Source: Thermodesulfovibrionales bacterium (lineage in GTDB: Bacteria; Nitrospirota; Thermodesulfovibrionia; Thermodesulfovibrionales; UBA6898). From it: a stretch of DNA of 44,674 nucleotides. Numbering within the stretch: the first letter of the stretch is position 1; the number at the start of each line of letters is the position of its first letter. The stretch spans positions 1 to 44,674 of the forward strand of contig JBIOIY010000017.1 in the NCBI GenBank assembly GCA_044450345.1. Reading direction: 5' to 3'. The notes under the pieces are model-generated. The model was not told the DNA's origin. It ran no database searches and worked only from the letters and a program-made list of their open reading frames with translations. Positions 29,277-38,927 of this stretch are shown piece by piece. The position numbers and the translations under genes were made by a program.

Positions 29277-30607
29277 ATCCTCTCCGTCCTCTTTTCGAGC
29301 CGAAGTCAGTCGCCCTGGTTGGAGCTTCCCATTCGGAGACGAGACTCGGCGGGGTTGTGCTCAAGAATCTCCTGAGGTTCAAAGGGAAGGTCTATCCCGT
29401 AAACCCTAAATACGACGAACTTATGGGGATCAGGGCGTATCGGGAAGTCTCAGATATCCCGGAGCCTGTAGACCTCGCACTTATCCTGAGGCCGGCCCCC
29501 GAAGTTCCTGAAATACTGAGGGAGTTCAGGAGGAGGGCGAGGTCTGTGATCGTGATGAGCTCCGGATTTGCGGAGGTGGGCGAGACCGCGCTCCAGGACG
29601 AGGTGGGTCGCATCGGTAAGGAATCCGGTTTCAGGACGGTGGGGCCGAACTGCATGGGGCTATATAATCCCCACAAGGCACTCGACACGTTCTTCCTTCC
29701 GCAAGAAAGACTCAGAAGGCCGAAGAGAGGCAACGTGGCGATAGTCTCTCAAAGCGGCGCGATCCTTTCCTGTCTTCTCGGGGCGGTCAGGGATGCCAAT
29801 GCCGGCGTGTCGAAGGCGATAGGGTACGGTAATGCCGTCGATGTGGCGGAAGCGGACCTTTATGAATATCTTGCATATGACAAAAAGACCGAAGTGGTTA
29901 TTTCATATATAGAGTCAGTGGACGACGGAAGAAAGTTCATCGCGAGGGCGAAGGAATTGACCGATAAGAAACCGCTTCTTATTCTCAAGGCGGGCAAGGG
30001 GTCGAGCGGTCAGGCGGCTGCTTTCTCGCATACCGGCAGGCTTGCGGGAAGGTACGAGGTCTTTCATTCTATAGTCAGACAATTTGGTATCCGCGAGGTC
30101 GCAGATTTCGATGAACTTTTGGACGCGACCAAGGCGCTGTCGTATCAAAGGCCGTCGAAGGGAAACAAAGTATGCATAATTACCAACGGCGGCGGGTCCG
30201 GAGTGCTTGCAGCGGATGAATGTATGAGGCAGGGACTTGATGTGGTCGGCATATCAGGAGAGACGAAGGCCCGCCTTCAGCATCTCTTTCCTCATTTCTT
30301 TGTGGTCAATAACCCGGTAGACCTGACCGCCCAGGTGAGGGACGAAGATTATGTGACGGTGCTCAGGGAACTCGCAGACGATTACGACGGTTTTTTACTT
30401 ATCTCCCTTCCGAATGTCTTCGGTATTACCGAAAAGCTCGGCGAGCTGCTGACGGCGGCAAAGAAAAACCTGAATAAGCCAGTCACCGCCAATATAGCCC
30501 AGAGCGGGATTACCGGAAAAATCACTTCTATGCTCGAACGGGCGCTGATACCCGTCTACCCTTCACCTGAACGGGCGGTAAGGGGACTCAAGGCGCTGTT
30601 GTCTTAG
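29273..30607 (+). CDS. ADP-forming acetate/acyl-CoA ligase alpha-subunit-like protein
   Basis: PKSVALVGAS, GPNCMG, SQSG, phospho-His SHTG, TNGGG.GVL; ATGA overlap with E2; no ATP-grasp domain. Confidence 0.85.
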   Translation: MNPLRPLFEPKSVALVGASHSETRLGGVVLKNLLRFKGKVYPVNPKYDELMGIRAYREVSDIPEPVDLALILRPAPEVPEILREFRRRARSVIVMSSGFAEVGETALQDEVGRIGKESGFRTVGPNCMGLYNPHKALDTFFLPQERLRRPKRGNVAIVSQSGAILSCLLGAVRDANAGVSKAIGYGNAVDVAEADLYEYLAYDKKTEVVISYIESVDDGRKFIARAKELTDKKPLLILKAGKGSSGQAAAFSHTGRLAGRYEVFHSIVRQFGIREVADFDELLDATKALSYQRPSKGNKVCIITNGGGSGVLAADECMRQGLDVVGISGETKARLQHLFPHFFVVNNPVDLTAQVRDEDYVTVLRELADDYDGFLLISLPNVFGITEKLGELLTAAKKNLNKPVTANIAQSGITGKITSMLERALIPVYPSPERAVRGLKALLS

Positions 30608-30671
30608 CCCCGGAATGCAACACTCTTTGTCTTAGTTTTGTTTATACATAGATATGATCGCTATGCGGATA

Positions 30672-30792
30672 ATGCCGCATAGGACTTTTTTTGAGCGGCT
30701 TCAATTTCTCGTATTGACCCCGCCGCAGGCGGGTCGAGAAATTGCCTCGGAGCGGAGCGAGAATGAGCAAAAAAAATAGTCCTATACGGCAT
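30672..30792 (+). repeat. Structured dispersed element, copy D
   Basis: Outer stem atgccgcataggac-T7 / A8-tagtcctatacggcat; core 30693-30768 differs from copy E at only about 3 positions. Confidence 0.9.
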
Positions 30793-30878
30793 ACTCTCCC
30801 CAAACCCCCGGGATTTTGTCCGCAAAACCGTATGATTTTTAAAGACAATATTCACAATTTGCATTATAATTACATAAG

Positions 30879-31601
30879 ATGAAAAAAGGTATTTACATAC
30901 TTCCTAACACACTTACCCTCTGCGGCATGTTCTTTGGGTTCTTTTCGATTCTCAACGCCATCAAGGGAAACTACGTGGATGCTGCATGGGCCATTTTTAT
31001 TGCGGGTGTCTTTGACGGACTCGACGGCTGGGTCGCGCGGCTCACGAACAGCACCACGAGATTCGGCATAGAACTCGATTCCCTTTCCGACCTTGTCGCC
31101 TTCGGGGTTGCCCCTTCTGTGCTGGTCTATAAGTGGGCCATTGCCCCTTTCGGCAGGATAGGGTTTGCAGCCGTTTTTCTCTTTACGGCCTGCGGCGCAT
31201 TGAGACTTGCGCGGTACAACGTGCAGATGGGGTCTACGGAATCGAAGGCATTTACCGGCATGCCCATACCGGGGGCGGCAGGGGTGCTGGGGGCGCTTGT
31301 GCTTTTCTACGATGATATCTGGAGGGCGGTACCGGAAAAAAATGTATTCATGCTGATCCTTACCATATTTCTTTCCATTCTGATGGTCAGCACCCTCAGG
31401 TTTCACGGCCTGAAAGAGATAGACTTCAAAAAGAGGAAACCCTTCTGGCTTCTGGTAGCTATTGTCGTGGTTTTCGTTGCGTTCGTGATCCATCCTCCCG
31501 TGGCGCTCTTTATTTTTGCGATGATCTATCTTGCATGGGGAATTATTGAAAATATATACTTGATGTATCGTAAAGGAAAAAGAGAGGTCAGCAAAGGATA
31601 G
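30879..31601 (+). CDS. pssA: CDP-diacylglycerol--serine O-phosphatidyltransferase
   Basis: LPN.LT, DGLDG.VAR...FG.ELDSLSD, LRLARYN, FTGMPIP. Confidence 0.92.
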   Translation: MKKGIYILPNTLTLCGMFFGFFSILNAIKGNYVDAAWAIFIAGVFDGLDGWVARLTNSTTRFGIELDSLSDLVAFGVAPSVLVYKWAIAPFGRIGFAAVFLFTACGALRLARYNVQMGSTESKAFTGMPIPGAAGVLGALVLFYDDIWRAVPEKNVFMLILTIFLSILMVSTLRFHGLKEIDFKKRKPFWLLVAIVVVFVAFVIHPPVALFIFAMIYLAWGIIENIYLMYRKGKREVSKG

Positions 31602-31604
31602 ATC

Positions 31605-33110
31605 ATGAGAAAGGTAACGATTTTCGATACGACCTTGCGCGACGGAGAGCAGTCGCCGGGGGCGTCCATGAATGTAGAGGAAAAGATCCAGGTGGCCAAA
31701 CAGCTTGCCAGCCTGAAAGTGGATATCATCGAGGCAGGATTCGCAATAAGTTCTCCCGGAGACTTCGAGGCTATTAGGAGGATAGGCGGGGAAATAGAAG
31801 GGCCGGTCGTCTGCAGTCTTGCGAGGGCCAAAGAGGAAGACATCAAGAGGGCGTGGGAAGCGTTGAAGAACGCACCGAAAAGGCGGATCCATACCTTCCA
31901 TTCCACCTCGGATATCCATCTGAAATACCAGTTCAAGGTGAGCAGGGAGGAAGCGTTGAAGAGGTCGGTTACGATGGTGCAATTGGCGAGAAGCTTTGTG
32001 GAGGATGTCGAATTCTCCCCGATGGACGCCACGAGGACGGAACTCGATTACCTGCTGGACGTGGTGGAGGCGGTGGTCGCGGCAGGGGCCTCTACTGTGA
32101 ATATCCCGGACACGGTCGGCTACACTATCCCGCGCGAGTTCGGTGAGATCATCGGTGCGATCAAAAAAAGGATAGGCGAAAAGGCGGTGATCTCGGTCCA
32201 CTGCCATAACGATCTCGGGCTTGCGGTCGCGAACTCCCTGGCCGCGATAGCGAACGGCGCCGGACAAGTGGAGTGCACTATTAACGGCATCGGCGAGAGG
32301 GCCGGGAACTGTTCCATGGAAGAGGTCGTCATGGCTTTGAAGACGCGAAAAGACTTCTTCAACGCAGAGACGGGCATCAATACAAAGGAGATTATCCGCA
32401 CGAGCAGGCTTGTATCAAAGGTAACGGGCATCCCTGTCCAGCCGAATAAGGCGATCGTGGGTGCAAACGCCTTTGCCCACGAGTCGGGCATCCACCAGGA
32501 CGGCCTCTTAAAGGAGAAGACCACCTATGAGATCATGAGGCCCGAGGACATCGGACTGCAGAGCACAAAACTCGTGATGGGAAAACACTCCGGCAGGCAT
32601 GCCTTCAAAACGAGATTGAAGGAATTGGGCTATGCGCTGAACCAGGAAGAACTGGACAACCTCTTCGATAGGTTCAAGCGGCTTGCCGACCAGAAAAAGG
32701 ACATATACGACGAAGACCTGGAGGCGCTTGTATCAGAGGCGACAGCGAAGACGCCTGAACGTTACAGCCTCGTGGACCTGAGTATTACGAGCGGTCTTGC
32801 CCAGAAACCTACGGCGATGGTCAAGGTGAAGATTGGAGACGAGATCTTTGACAGGATGGAGCATGGTGACGGGCCTGTGGATGCCACGTATAAGGCGATA
32901 GTCGCCATCACGAAGACGAAAAGCACGCTGAAGAAATTCGAAGTGAAGAGCATCACGGGCGGCACCGATGCACTCGGCGAGGTCTCGGTTTCCCTGGAAG
33001 AAGAGGGCAGGGTCGTGAGGGGCAACGGTGCCGACACCGACATCATCGTTGCCGCAGCAAAGGCCTATATAGACGCCTTGAACAGACTTGCGTCGCGGAA
33101 GAGCGCATAA
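31605..33110 (+). CDS. leuA: 2-isopropylmalate synthase
   Basis: DTTLRDGEQSPG, HCHNDLG, GIGERAGN, HESGIHQDG, C-terminal regulatory domain GPVDA. Confidence 0.95.
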   Translation: MRKVTIFDTTLRDGEQSPGASMNVEEKIQVAKQLASLKVDIIEAGFAISSPGDFEAIRRIGGEIEGPVVCSLARAKEEDIKRAWEALKNAPKRRIHTFHSTSDIHLKYQFKVSREEALKRSVTMVQLARSFVEDVEFSPMDATRTELDYLLDVVEAVVAAGASTVNIPDTVGYTIPREFGEIIGAIKKRIGEKAVISVHCHNDLGLAVANSLAAIANGAGQVECTINGIGERAGNCSMEEVVMALKTRKDFFNAETGINTKEIIRTSRLVSKVTGIPVQPNKAIVGANAFAHESGIHQDGLLKEKTTYEIMRPEDIGLQSTKLVMGKHSGRHAFKTRLKELGYALNQEELDNLFDRFKRLADQKKDIYDEDLEALVSEATAKTPERYSLVDLSITSGLAQKPTAMVKVKIGDEIFDRMEHGDGPVDATYKAIVAITKTKSTLKKFEVKSITGGTDALGEVSVSLEEEGRVVRGNGADTDIIVAAAKAYIDALNRLASRKSA

Positions 33111-33205
33111 AGGACCTGCGAAGGAGCGCTGCAGAAAAACGGTTTTATTTTACATATATATTATCATAGCGCAAATTTAAAATACTGTTAATACGGAGGA
33201 AAGAC

Positions 33206-35632
33206 ATGCCGCCCAAACCACTCAGCAGCGAGGAACTTTATTCGTGCTGCGATCCTGCACTGTTTACGTTCTCGACCACTGACGAACTTCCTGAACTCAC
33301 GGAAACAATCGGTCAGATCAGGGCGTTGAACGCGATCGATTTCGGGCTGAATCTCGACAGCAAGGGCTTTAATATATATGTCTTGGGTGAAAACGGAACG
33401 GGGAAATCCACGACTATCAAATCGATCCTGAACAAGAAGGCGGCGGGAGAGCCGGTACCAACCGACTGGTGCTATGTGTACAATTTCAAAGATCCAGACA
33501 TACCGCTGACGATATCCATGGAACCTGGAAGGGCCTCGGTGTTCCACAAGGACATGGAAGAGCTGATAAAGATCCTTAGGGTCGAGATACCGAAGATATT
33601 CGAATCGAAGGAGTATGAGAAACAGAAGAACAAAATACTGGAGGAGTTTCAGCAGAGGCAGAAAGAGATGTTTTCGGGTCTGGAGGAAGAGGCTCACTCC
33701 AAGGGGTTTTCGATACGAAAAACGGTCAGCGGGCTGATGATAGTGCCTATCAAAAAGAGCGGAGAACCCCTTACTGAGGAAGAGTATGAGGCGCTCGACG
33801 AAAAGACGAGGGAAAAGATCGACGAGATCGGCAAGGGGCTCCAGGAGAAATTGAACGATGTCGTCCGCGAGGTGCGGGAGAGTGAAAAGAGCGTGAAGAA
33901 CGCCCTGTCGCAGCTCGAGAGGGAGGCGACGCTCTCCGCGGTCGGTCACTTCATGGAAGAGATGAAGAACAAGTACAGGGACAATGAAAAGATAAGCGCG
34001 TACCTCATGGCCGTGACAGAGGACATTCTCGAACATATCGATGACTTCAAGGTCCAGGAAGAGCAGACACCTCCCCTTCCTTTCATGAGGATGCAGAAGG
34101 CAGAGCCCACGTTCACGCGATATATCGTGAACGTGCTTGTTAACAATGGGGACTGCTCCGGGGCTCCCTGTGTATTTGAAAGCAACCCGACGTATTTCAA
34201 CCTCTTCGGACGGCTTGAATATAAGTTCCAGTACGGCGTAGCGACTACCGATTTTTCGCTGATAAAGGCCGGGTCGCTGCACAAGGCAAATGGCGGCTAT
34301 CTTGTGATCAACGCCCTTGATCTCCTGCGGAACCTCTTCTCCTATGAGACGCTGAAGCGGGCGCTCAGAAACAGGGAGATTAAGGTGGAGGACGTCTGGG
34401 AGCAGTACCGGCTTATGTCTACAACGACGCTGAAGCCCGAGGCGATCCCTCTTAATGTGAAGGTCATTCTCATCGGCAACCCTTATCTCTACTATATGCT
34501 TTTCAGCCTTGACGAGGAATATCGCGAGCTGTTCAAGGTGAAGGCCGATTTCGACAGCAGGATGGACAAGACCGCAGAAACGGTGGGGAAATATGCTGCT
34601 TTTGTCGCCAGCACCTGCAAACAGGGGAAATACCTTCCCTTCGACAGGTCCGGCGTCTCGAAGATAGTAGAGTACGGATCGAGACTGGCAGAGCATCAGG
34701 GTAAATTGTCCTCAAGGTTCAGCGAGATCGCCGACGTGATCAGGGAGGCCAATTACTGGGCGAAAAAGGCGGAGAGCGGTATAGTCAAGGACGATCATGT
34801 GGAAAAGGCCCTGAGGGAGAGGATTTACAGGGTCAATAAGATAGAAGAACGTCTGCAGGAGATGATCGTAGAGGGGACCCTTATCGTCGATACCGAAGGC
34901 GAGAAGGTCGGCCAGATCAACGGCCTCGCTGTTATGGGGATGGGGGACTACCAGTTCGGGAAACCTTCGAGGATCACCGCGAGTACCTATGCAGGCAAGG
35001 CAGGCGTCGTCAATATCGAGCGCGAAACGAAGATGAGCGGCAGGATACATGAAAAAGCGATACTCATCATCACCCATTTTGTCAATAGCACCTATGCCAG
35101 GAAGAAGCCGATAAGTTTTTCCGCCTCTATCACATTCGAGCAACTCTACGATATGGTAGAAGGCGACAGCGCCTCATGCGCCGAACTCTATGTGATACTC
35201 AGCAGCCTTGCCGGCATCCCCTTAAAGCAGAATTTTGCGGTCACGGGGTCTATGGACCAGAACGGAGATGTCCAGCCCATCGGCGGCGTCAATGAAAAGA
35301 TAGAAGGATTCTTCGACCTCTGCAAGGTCCGCGGGCTTGACGGCATGCATGGGGTGGTCATACCGAGGAAGAACGTGATACATCTCATGGTCAAGCAGGA
35401 GGTCGTGGACGCCGTAAAGGAAGGCAAGTTTTTTATCTACCCGATAGACAAAGCCGGTGAGGGGATGGAGATATTCACCGGCATGCCGATGGGGGAACTG
35501 AGGGATGACGGGACGTATCCTGAAGGCACGGTAAATTATCTCGTGGCGAAGAGGCTTGCGGAGATATCCGAGGCGATGAAGGACAAGAAGGACGAGTCGA
35601 AGGACAAAGATAAAGAAAATAATGACAAATGA
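33206..35632 (+). CDS. Lon-like ATP-dependent protease (LonB/LonC-type, S16)
   Basis: Walker A GENGTGKS, coiled-coil insert, GSLHKANGG, GDSAS catalytic Ser, GGVNEKIEG Lys. Confidence 0.88.
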   Translation: MPPKPLSSEELYSCCDPALFTFSTTDELPELTETIGQIRALNAIDFGLNLDSKGFNIYVLGENGTGKSTTIKSILNKKAAGEPVPTDWCYVYNFKDPDIPLTISMEPGRASVFHKDMEELIKILRVEIPKIFESKEYEKQKNKILEEFQQRQKEMFSGLEEEAHSKGFSIRKTVSGLMIVPIKKSGEPLTEEEYEALDEKTREKIDEIGKGLQEKLNDVVREVRESEKSVKNALSQLEREATLSAVGHFMEEMKNKYRDNEKISAYLMAVTEDILEHIDDFKVQEEQTPPLPFMRMQKAEPTFTRYIVNVLVNNGDCSGAPCVFESNPTYFNLFGRLEYKFQYGVATTDFSLIKAGSLHKANGGYLVINALDLLRNLFSYETLKRALRNREIKVEDVWEQYRLMSTTTLKPEAIPLNVKVILIGNPYLYYMLFSLDEEYRELFKVKADFDSRMDKTAETVGKYAAFVASTCKQGKYLPFDRSGVSKIVEYGSRLAEHQGKLSSRFSEIADVIREANYWAKKAESGIVKDDHVEKALRERIYRVNKIEERLQEMIVEGTLIVDTEGEKVGQINGLAVMGMGDYQFGKPSRITASTYAGKAGVVNIERETKMSGRIHEKAILIITHFVNSTYARKKPISFSASITFEQLYDMVEGDSASCAELYVILSSLAGIPLKQNFAVTGSMDQNGDVQPIGGVNEKIEGFFDLCKVRGLDGMHGVVIPRKNVIHLMVKQEVVDAVKEGKFFIYPIDKAGEGMEIFTGMPMGELRDDGTYPEGTVNYLVAKRLAEISEAMKDKKDESKDKDKENNDK

Positions 35633-36552
35633 ATCACGCTCTGTGGTTCCTGCAATGTCTGCTCGTCGTAATCGTCACGCTTCCTATAGCGCTGTTGCCT
35701 TATAGACTGGCCCTCAGGGTCGGCGGTCATCTCGGTGAACTGCTTTTCCTTTGCTGGCGGAGCAGGCGAAAGATAGCGATAGAGAACCTTAAGGCGGCCG
35801 TCTCAAGGAAAGCACTGACGATCAGCGCCACCCCCGAAGATGTCATAAAGGAGAATTTCAGGAACCTCGGAAGGTCTTTTGTGGAAGTAGTGAAGATCTA
35901 CTACGGACTCGGCGATCACATAATCAGGGGCGTCAAGATCAGAGGGGCGGAGAATTTCGTGAGGGCTAGCAGGAAGGGTATGGGGACGCTCATCATTACC
36001 GGCCATTGCGGGAATTGGGAGCTCAACGCCCTTGCAGCCGCCGGAAACCTGACGAAGATACATGTTGTGGCAAGGCCTATTGACAACCCTTATCTTAACC
36101 GGCTTGTAGAAAAAACAAGAAGGAAATACGGCAATAGGGTGATATATAAAAAAGGCGCGCTCAAGAAGATATTGTTCGCCCTTTCAAAAAACGAGACCGT
36201 AGTGATACTTATGGACCAGAGCGTTGTAATATCCGAGGGGGTCATGGCCGATTTTCTCGGGAAGAAGGACTATACGATCAAGACACCGGCCCTCATAGCC
36301 TTTAAGGCAGGATCACCGGTTCTGCCGGCTTTTATCAGGAGGTCCGGGGACGGTCATATAATAGAGATCGGCGAGGAGTTGATTCTCGACAGGTCCGATG
36401 GCGGCGAAAAGACAGTGTACGCCAATACAGTAAAAATGTCTCAAAGCATAGAGGAATACGTGAGACAAAACCCGGCGGAATGGCTTTGGATACACCGGAG
36501 GTGGAAAAGGATAAGTGATCCGGCAGTGAGTGCGGAGAATTCTTCCCAATAA
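35629..36552 (+). CDS. Lipid A late acyltransferase (LpxL/HtrB family)
   Basis: GHCGNWE, MDQ, PAEWLWIHRRWK. Confidence 0.88.
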   Translation: MNHALWFLQCLLVVIVTLPIALLPYRLALRVGGHLGELLFLCWRSRRKIAIENLKAAVSRKALTISATPEDVIKENFRNLGRSFVEVVKIYYGLGDHIIRGVKIRGAENFVRASRKGMGTLIITGHCGNWELNALAAAGNLTKIHVVARPIDNPYLNRLVEKTRRKYGNRVIYKKGALKKILFALSKNETVVILMDQSVVISEGVMADFLGKKDYTIKTPALIAFKAGSPVLPAFIRRSGDGHIIEIGEELILDRSDGGEKTVYANTVKMSQSIEEYVRQNPAEWLWIHRRWKRISDPAVSAENSSQ

Positions 36553-36603
36553 AGCCGGGGACGGTCTTCTCCGAAAAATTGTTATTAAACCATAAACGGC
36601 CTG

Positions 36604-36642
36604 AAAAAAGCACCTGTCAATTTTGACAGGTGCTTTTTTTTT
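36604..36642. terminator. Rho-independent terminator, bidirectional-looking
   Basis: aaaaaa-gcacctgtca-attt-tgacaggtgc-ttttttttt, a perfect stem downstream of the lon-lpxL genes. Confidence 0.88.
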
Positions 36643-36718
36643 AGGATGGCTTTTTAATGAATGATAGTCGGGAAAGAACAGGATGTTCTCACGTTATGGG
36701 GGAAATGCGGAGGGGAAA

Positions 36719-37189
36719 ATGAAGCACCATGGGATTACTCTCATCGAATTGGTCGTTGTAATGTCTGTCATCGGCATTCTCACAGTTGCCCTGGGGTTTG
36801 AATATTACGACTGGGGGAAAAAGTTTGCGGCTGAAAAGATCACAAAAGAGCTCTATACGGACATGATGCATGCGAGGATGATGGCTATTACGCGAAGCCG
36901 CGAACATTACGTCATCCTTGGGGCAAGGTCTTATTCGGTCGTTGAGGACACGAACGATAACGGGGACTACGACGTCGGCGACGCAGTGCTCCCGTCGTTC
37001 CCCAAATCCGTTTCCTATCCGTTGGACTGGAACAACAAGTACGCCGTGAGTAAAACCACCTTTGACAGAAGAGGGATCATCTCAGGACTGAGAACGATAT
37101 GGGTCACTGAGATCGACGCGGACTTTAATTGCATTAAAGTATCGATGGGAAGGATCATTATGGGACAGCATGACGGTACGGAGTGTTAG
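36719..37189 (+). CDS. Type IV minor pilin / GspH-FimT-like prepilin
   Basis: Class III signal G^ITLIELVVV with E5; ARMMAI; C-terminal Cys pair; GGAGG RBS before ATG 36719. Confidence 0.85.
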   Translation: MKHHGITLIELVVVMSVIGILTVALGFEYYDWGKKFAAEKITKELYTDMMHARMMAITRSREHYVILGARSYSVVEDTNDNGDYDVGDAVLPSFPKSVSYPLDWNNKYAVSKTTFDRRGIISGLRTIWVTEIDADFNCIKVSMGRIIMGQHDGTEC

Positions 37190-37273
37190 GCGAAATAAAT
37201 GGCGGGAGTAATATACAAGGCACTAGACTTGCTCTAAGTATTTTCATTATTACGAGAAGTCCTGAAAAGCATA

Positions 37274-38266
37274 TTAGCGGCACTGGGAATTGTCTACACA
37301 CCTCACATCCGGCTCTAAGTGCCCTCCGTAATAATAATATCCGTGCGCGGGACAGCCGCCTGTACAGGAATTCTTGTTGGGGCAGGAACCGTTCGCACAA
37401 CTGTTGACTCTGCAATGCCTGAACAGATCGAGCTTAGGGTTTGTCCATATCGTGAAAAGGCTGTCGTCAAAGATATTACCCAGATTGAACTCTTCGAAGT
37501 GCTGAAAGAGGTTGCAGGGGTATACAGAACCGTCCGGCATCACCGCGAGTTTGCGGACACCACCTGCACAGCGGACCCCTTCGGGGAGCGATTCTTTTTC
37601 GAAGCATGAGGTGTTTACCCTTAAGATCTCCACATACGGGTTATTCCGCTTTAGCTCCTCATGAAACTCCCTGAAGGCGCAGTAGCCTAATGCGGCATTT
37701 CTCAGTGTTGTGTCACGAGTCATGAGGTCCATATGGATAAGGCAATAACGTTTTACTCCCATTTCCTGAATAAGGGTGACGATGTCCTGGATATCTGCCA
37801 TGGTTTCTCTGCTGACCACTGTCTTTACAATCGGGTCGAGCCGGGATGAAACGAGTTCGGCGACACTCGCGACTGCGCGATAGAAATGATGGGAATTGGT
37901 CATGCGGTTGTGTTTCTCTTCAGTGCTGCCTTCCAGCGATACACCGATATTGAACTTTTCAGGGTCCAGGGCAGCAAACAACTCCATCATGTCCGGGGTG
38001 CTGCCATTTGTGCTCAGGTTGACCGACCTGCCGCTCTTTATTGCGATATTTACAAAATCGGGCATCCAGTCGAGAAGAAGCGGTTCTCCGCCCATGATAT
38101 CGATTTCTCCGATACCGTGACATGAGAGGATGTCCAGGAGTGTGAGGGCGTTGTCGAATGTCATGTCAGCCGTGCAAGTGTGAAAAGGATTAAAACAGAA
38201 CCCGCATCTCTGATTGCACCTATAAGTCGGATAGAGCTGGATGAACTGAGGTAGGGTGAATTCCAT
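37274..38266 (-). CDS. Radical SAM protein with SPASM domain
   Basis: CNQRCGFC, GGEPLL, CAGG...GSVYPC, C...C....CTGGC. Confidence 0.9.
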   Translation of the reverse strand: MEFTLPQFIQLYPTYRCNQRCGFCFNPFHTCTADMTFDNALTLLDILSCHGIGEIDIMGGEPLLLDWMPDFVNIAIKSGRSVNLSTNGSTPDMMELFAALDPEKFNIGVSLEGSTEEKHNRMTNSHHFYRAVASVAELVSSRLDPIVKTVVSRETMADIQDIVTLIQEMGVKRYCLIHMDLMTRDTTLRNAALGYCAFREFHEELKRNNPYVEILRVNTSCFEKESLPEGVRCAGGVRKLAVMPDGSVYPCNLFQHFEEFNLGNIFDDSLFTIWTNPKLDLFRHCRVNSCANGSCPNKNSCTGGCPAHGYYYYGGHLEPDVRCVDNSQCR

Positions 38267-38270
38267 CGGA

Positions 38271-38846
38271 TTACAGGCCCACGAGGGTCTTGCCTGCCTC
38301 GAAGGCGTCTGTCAGACCGGTCGGATGGTTAAGGATCGCACCTTTCGCATCGACGCCGAGAAAACTAAGCACTTTGTGCTCGCCGACGCTTACCGTCCTG
38401 AAGAATGCCTTTGCAGTTGCATCTGCGCATTCGACACCGACTTCCTTTTTCATTCCGCCGACGACGATAAGGAGCCCCTTGCGGCCATATTCACCTGGAG
38501 AAATCGGTTTCTTTAGGAGGTATTTTTCGCACCAGAAGCTCTGGCAGCGGTCTATCATCGCCTTTGATTGAGCCGAAAGGCCGAAGAAGAAGATCGGAGA
38601 GGCGAAGATGATCCTGTCTGCCGTCCTTATCTCCGGGTATATCTTCGTCATGTCGTCGTCAAGTATGCATTCGCCTGTCTTCTCGCACCCGCCGCAGTCC
38701 TGACAGGGCCTTATATTCATCAGGTTGAGGGTAAAGGTAGTAACGTCCCCGCCGGATGTCTCCTTCACTCCCTTTATCGCTTCTTTCAGGAGTAATTCGG
38801 TGTTGCCGTCTTTTCTGGGGCTTCCGAGAAACGCGATTGTCTTCAT
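38271..38846 (-). CDS. Iron-sulfur flavoprotein / flavodoxin-family protein
   Basis: GSPRKDGNT, CQDCGGC...C, ASPIFF. Confidence 0.88.
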   Translation of the reverse strand: MKTIAFLGSPRKDGNTELLLKEAIKGVKETSGGDVTTFTLNLMNIRPCQDCGGCEKTGECILDDDMTKIYPEIRTADRIIFASPIFFFGLSAQSKAMIDRCQSFWCEKYLLKKPISPGEYGRKGLLIVVGGMKKEVGVECADATAKAFFRTVSVGEHKVLSFLGVDAKGAILNHPTGLTDAFEAGKTLVGL

Positions 38847-38927
38847 ATAAGAACATTATAGCAGGACGGAGGGCTGCGGTCGATTCCATACAGAAAATAA
38901 TCTCAAGCCGCATTATTCGATTCGCGG

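Noticed and set aside
30870..34696. Long antisense ORFs (465 aa at 30870-32267 and 502 aa at 33188-34696; likewise 13008-14228 and 28215-29183)
   Set aside because: They are shadows of well-supported sense genes (pssA, leuA, lon, hbd, pdhC) and have no recognisable motifs.
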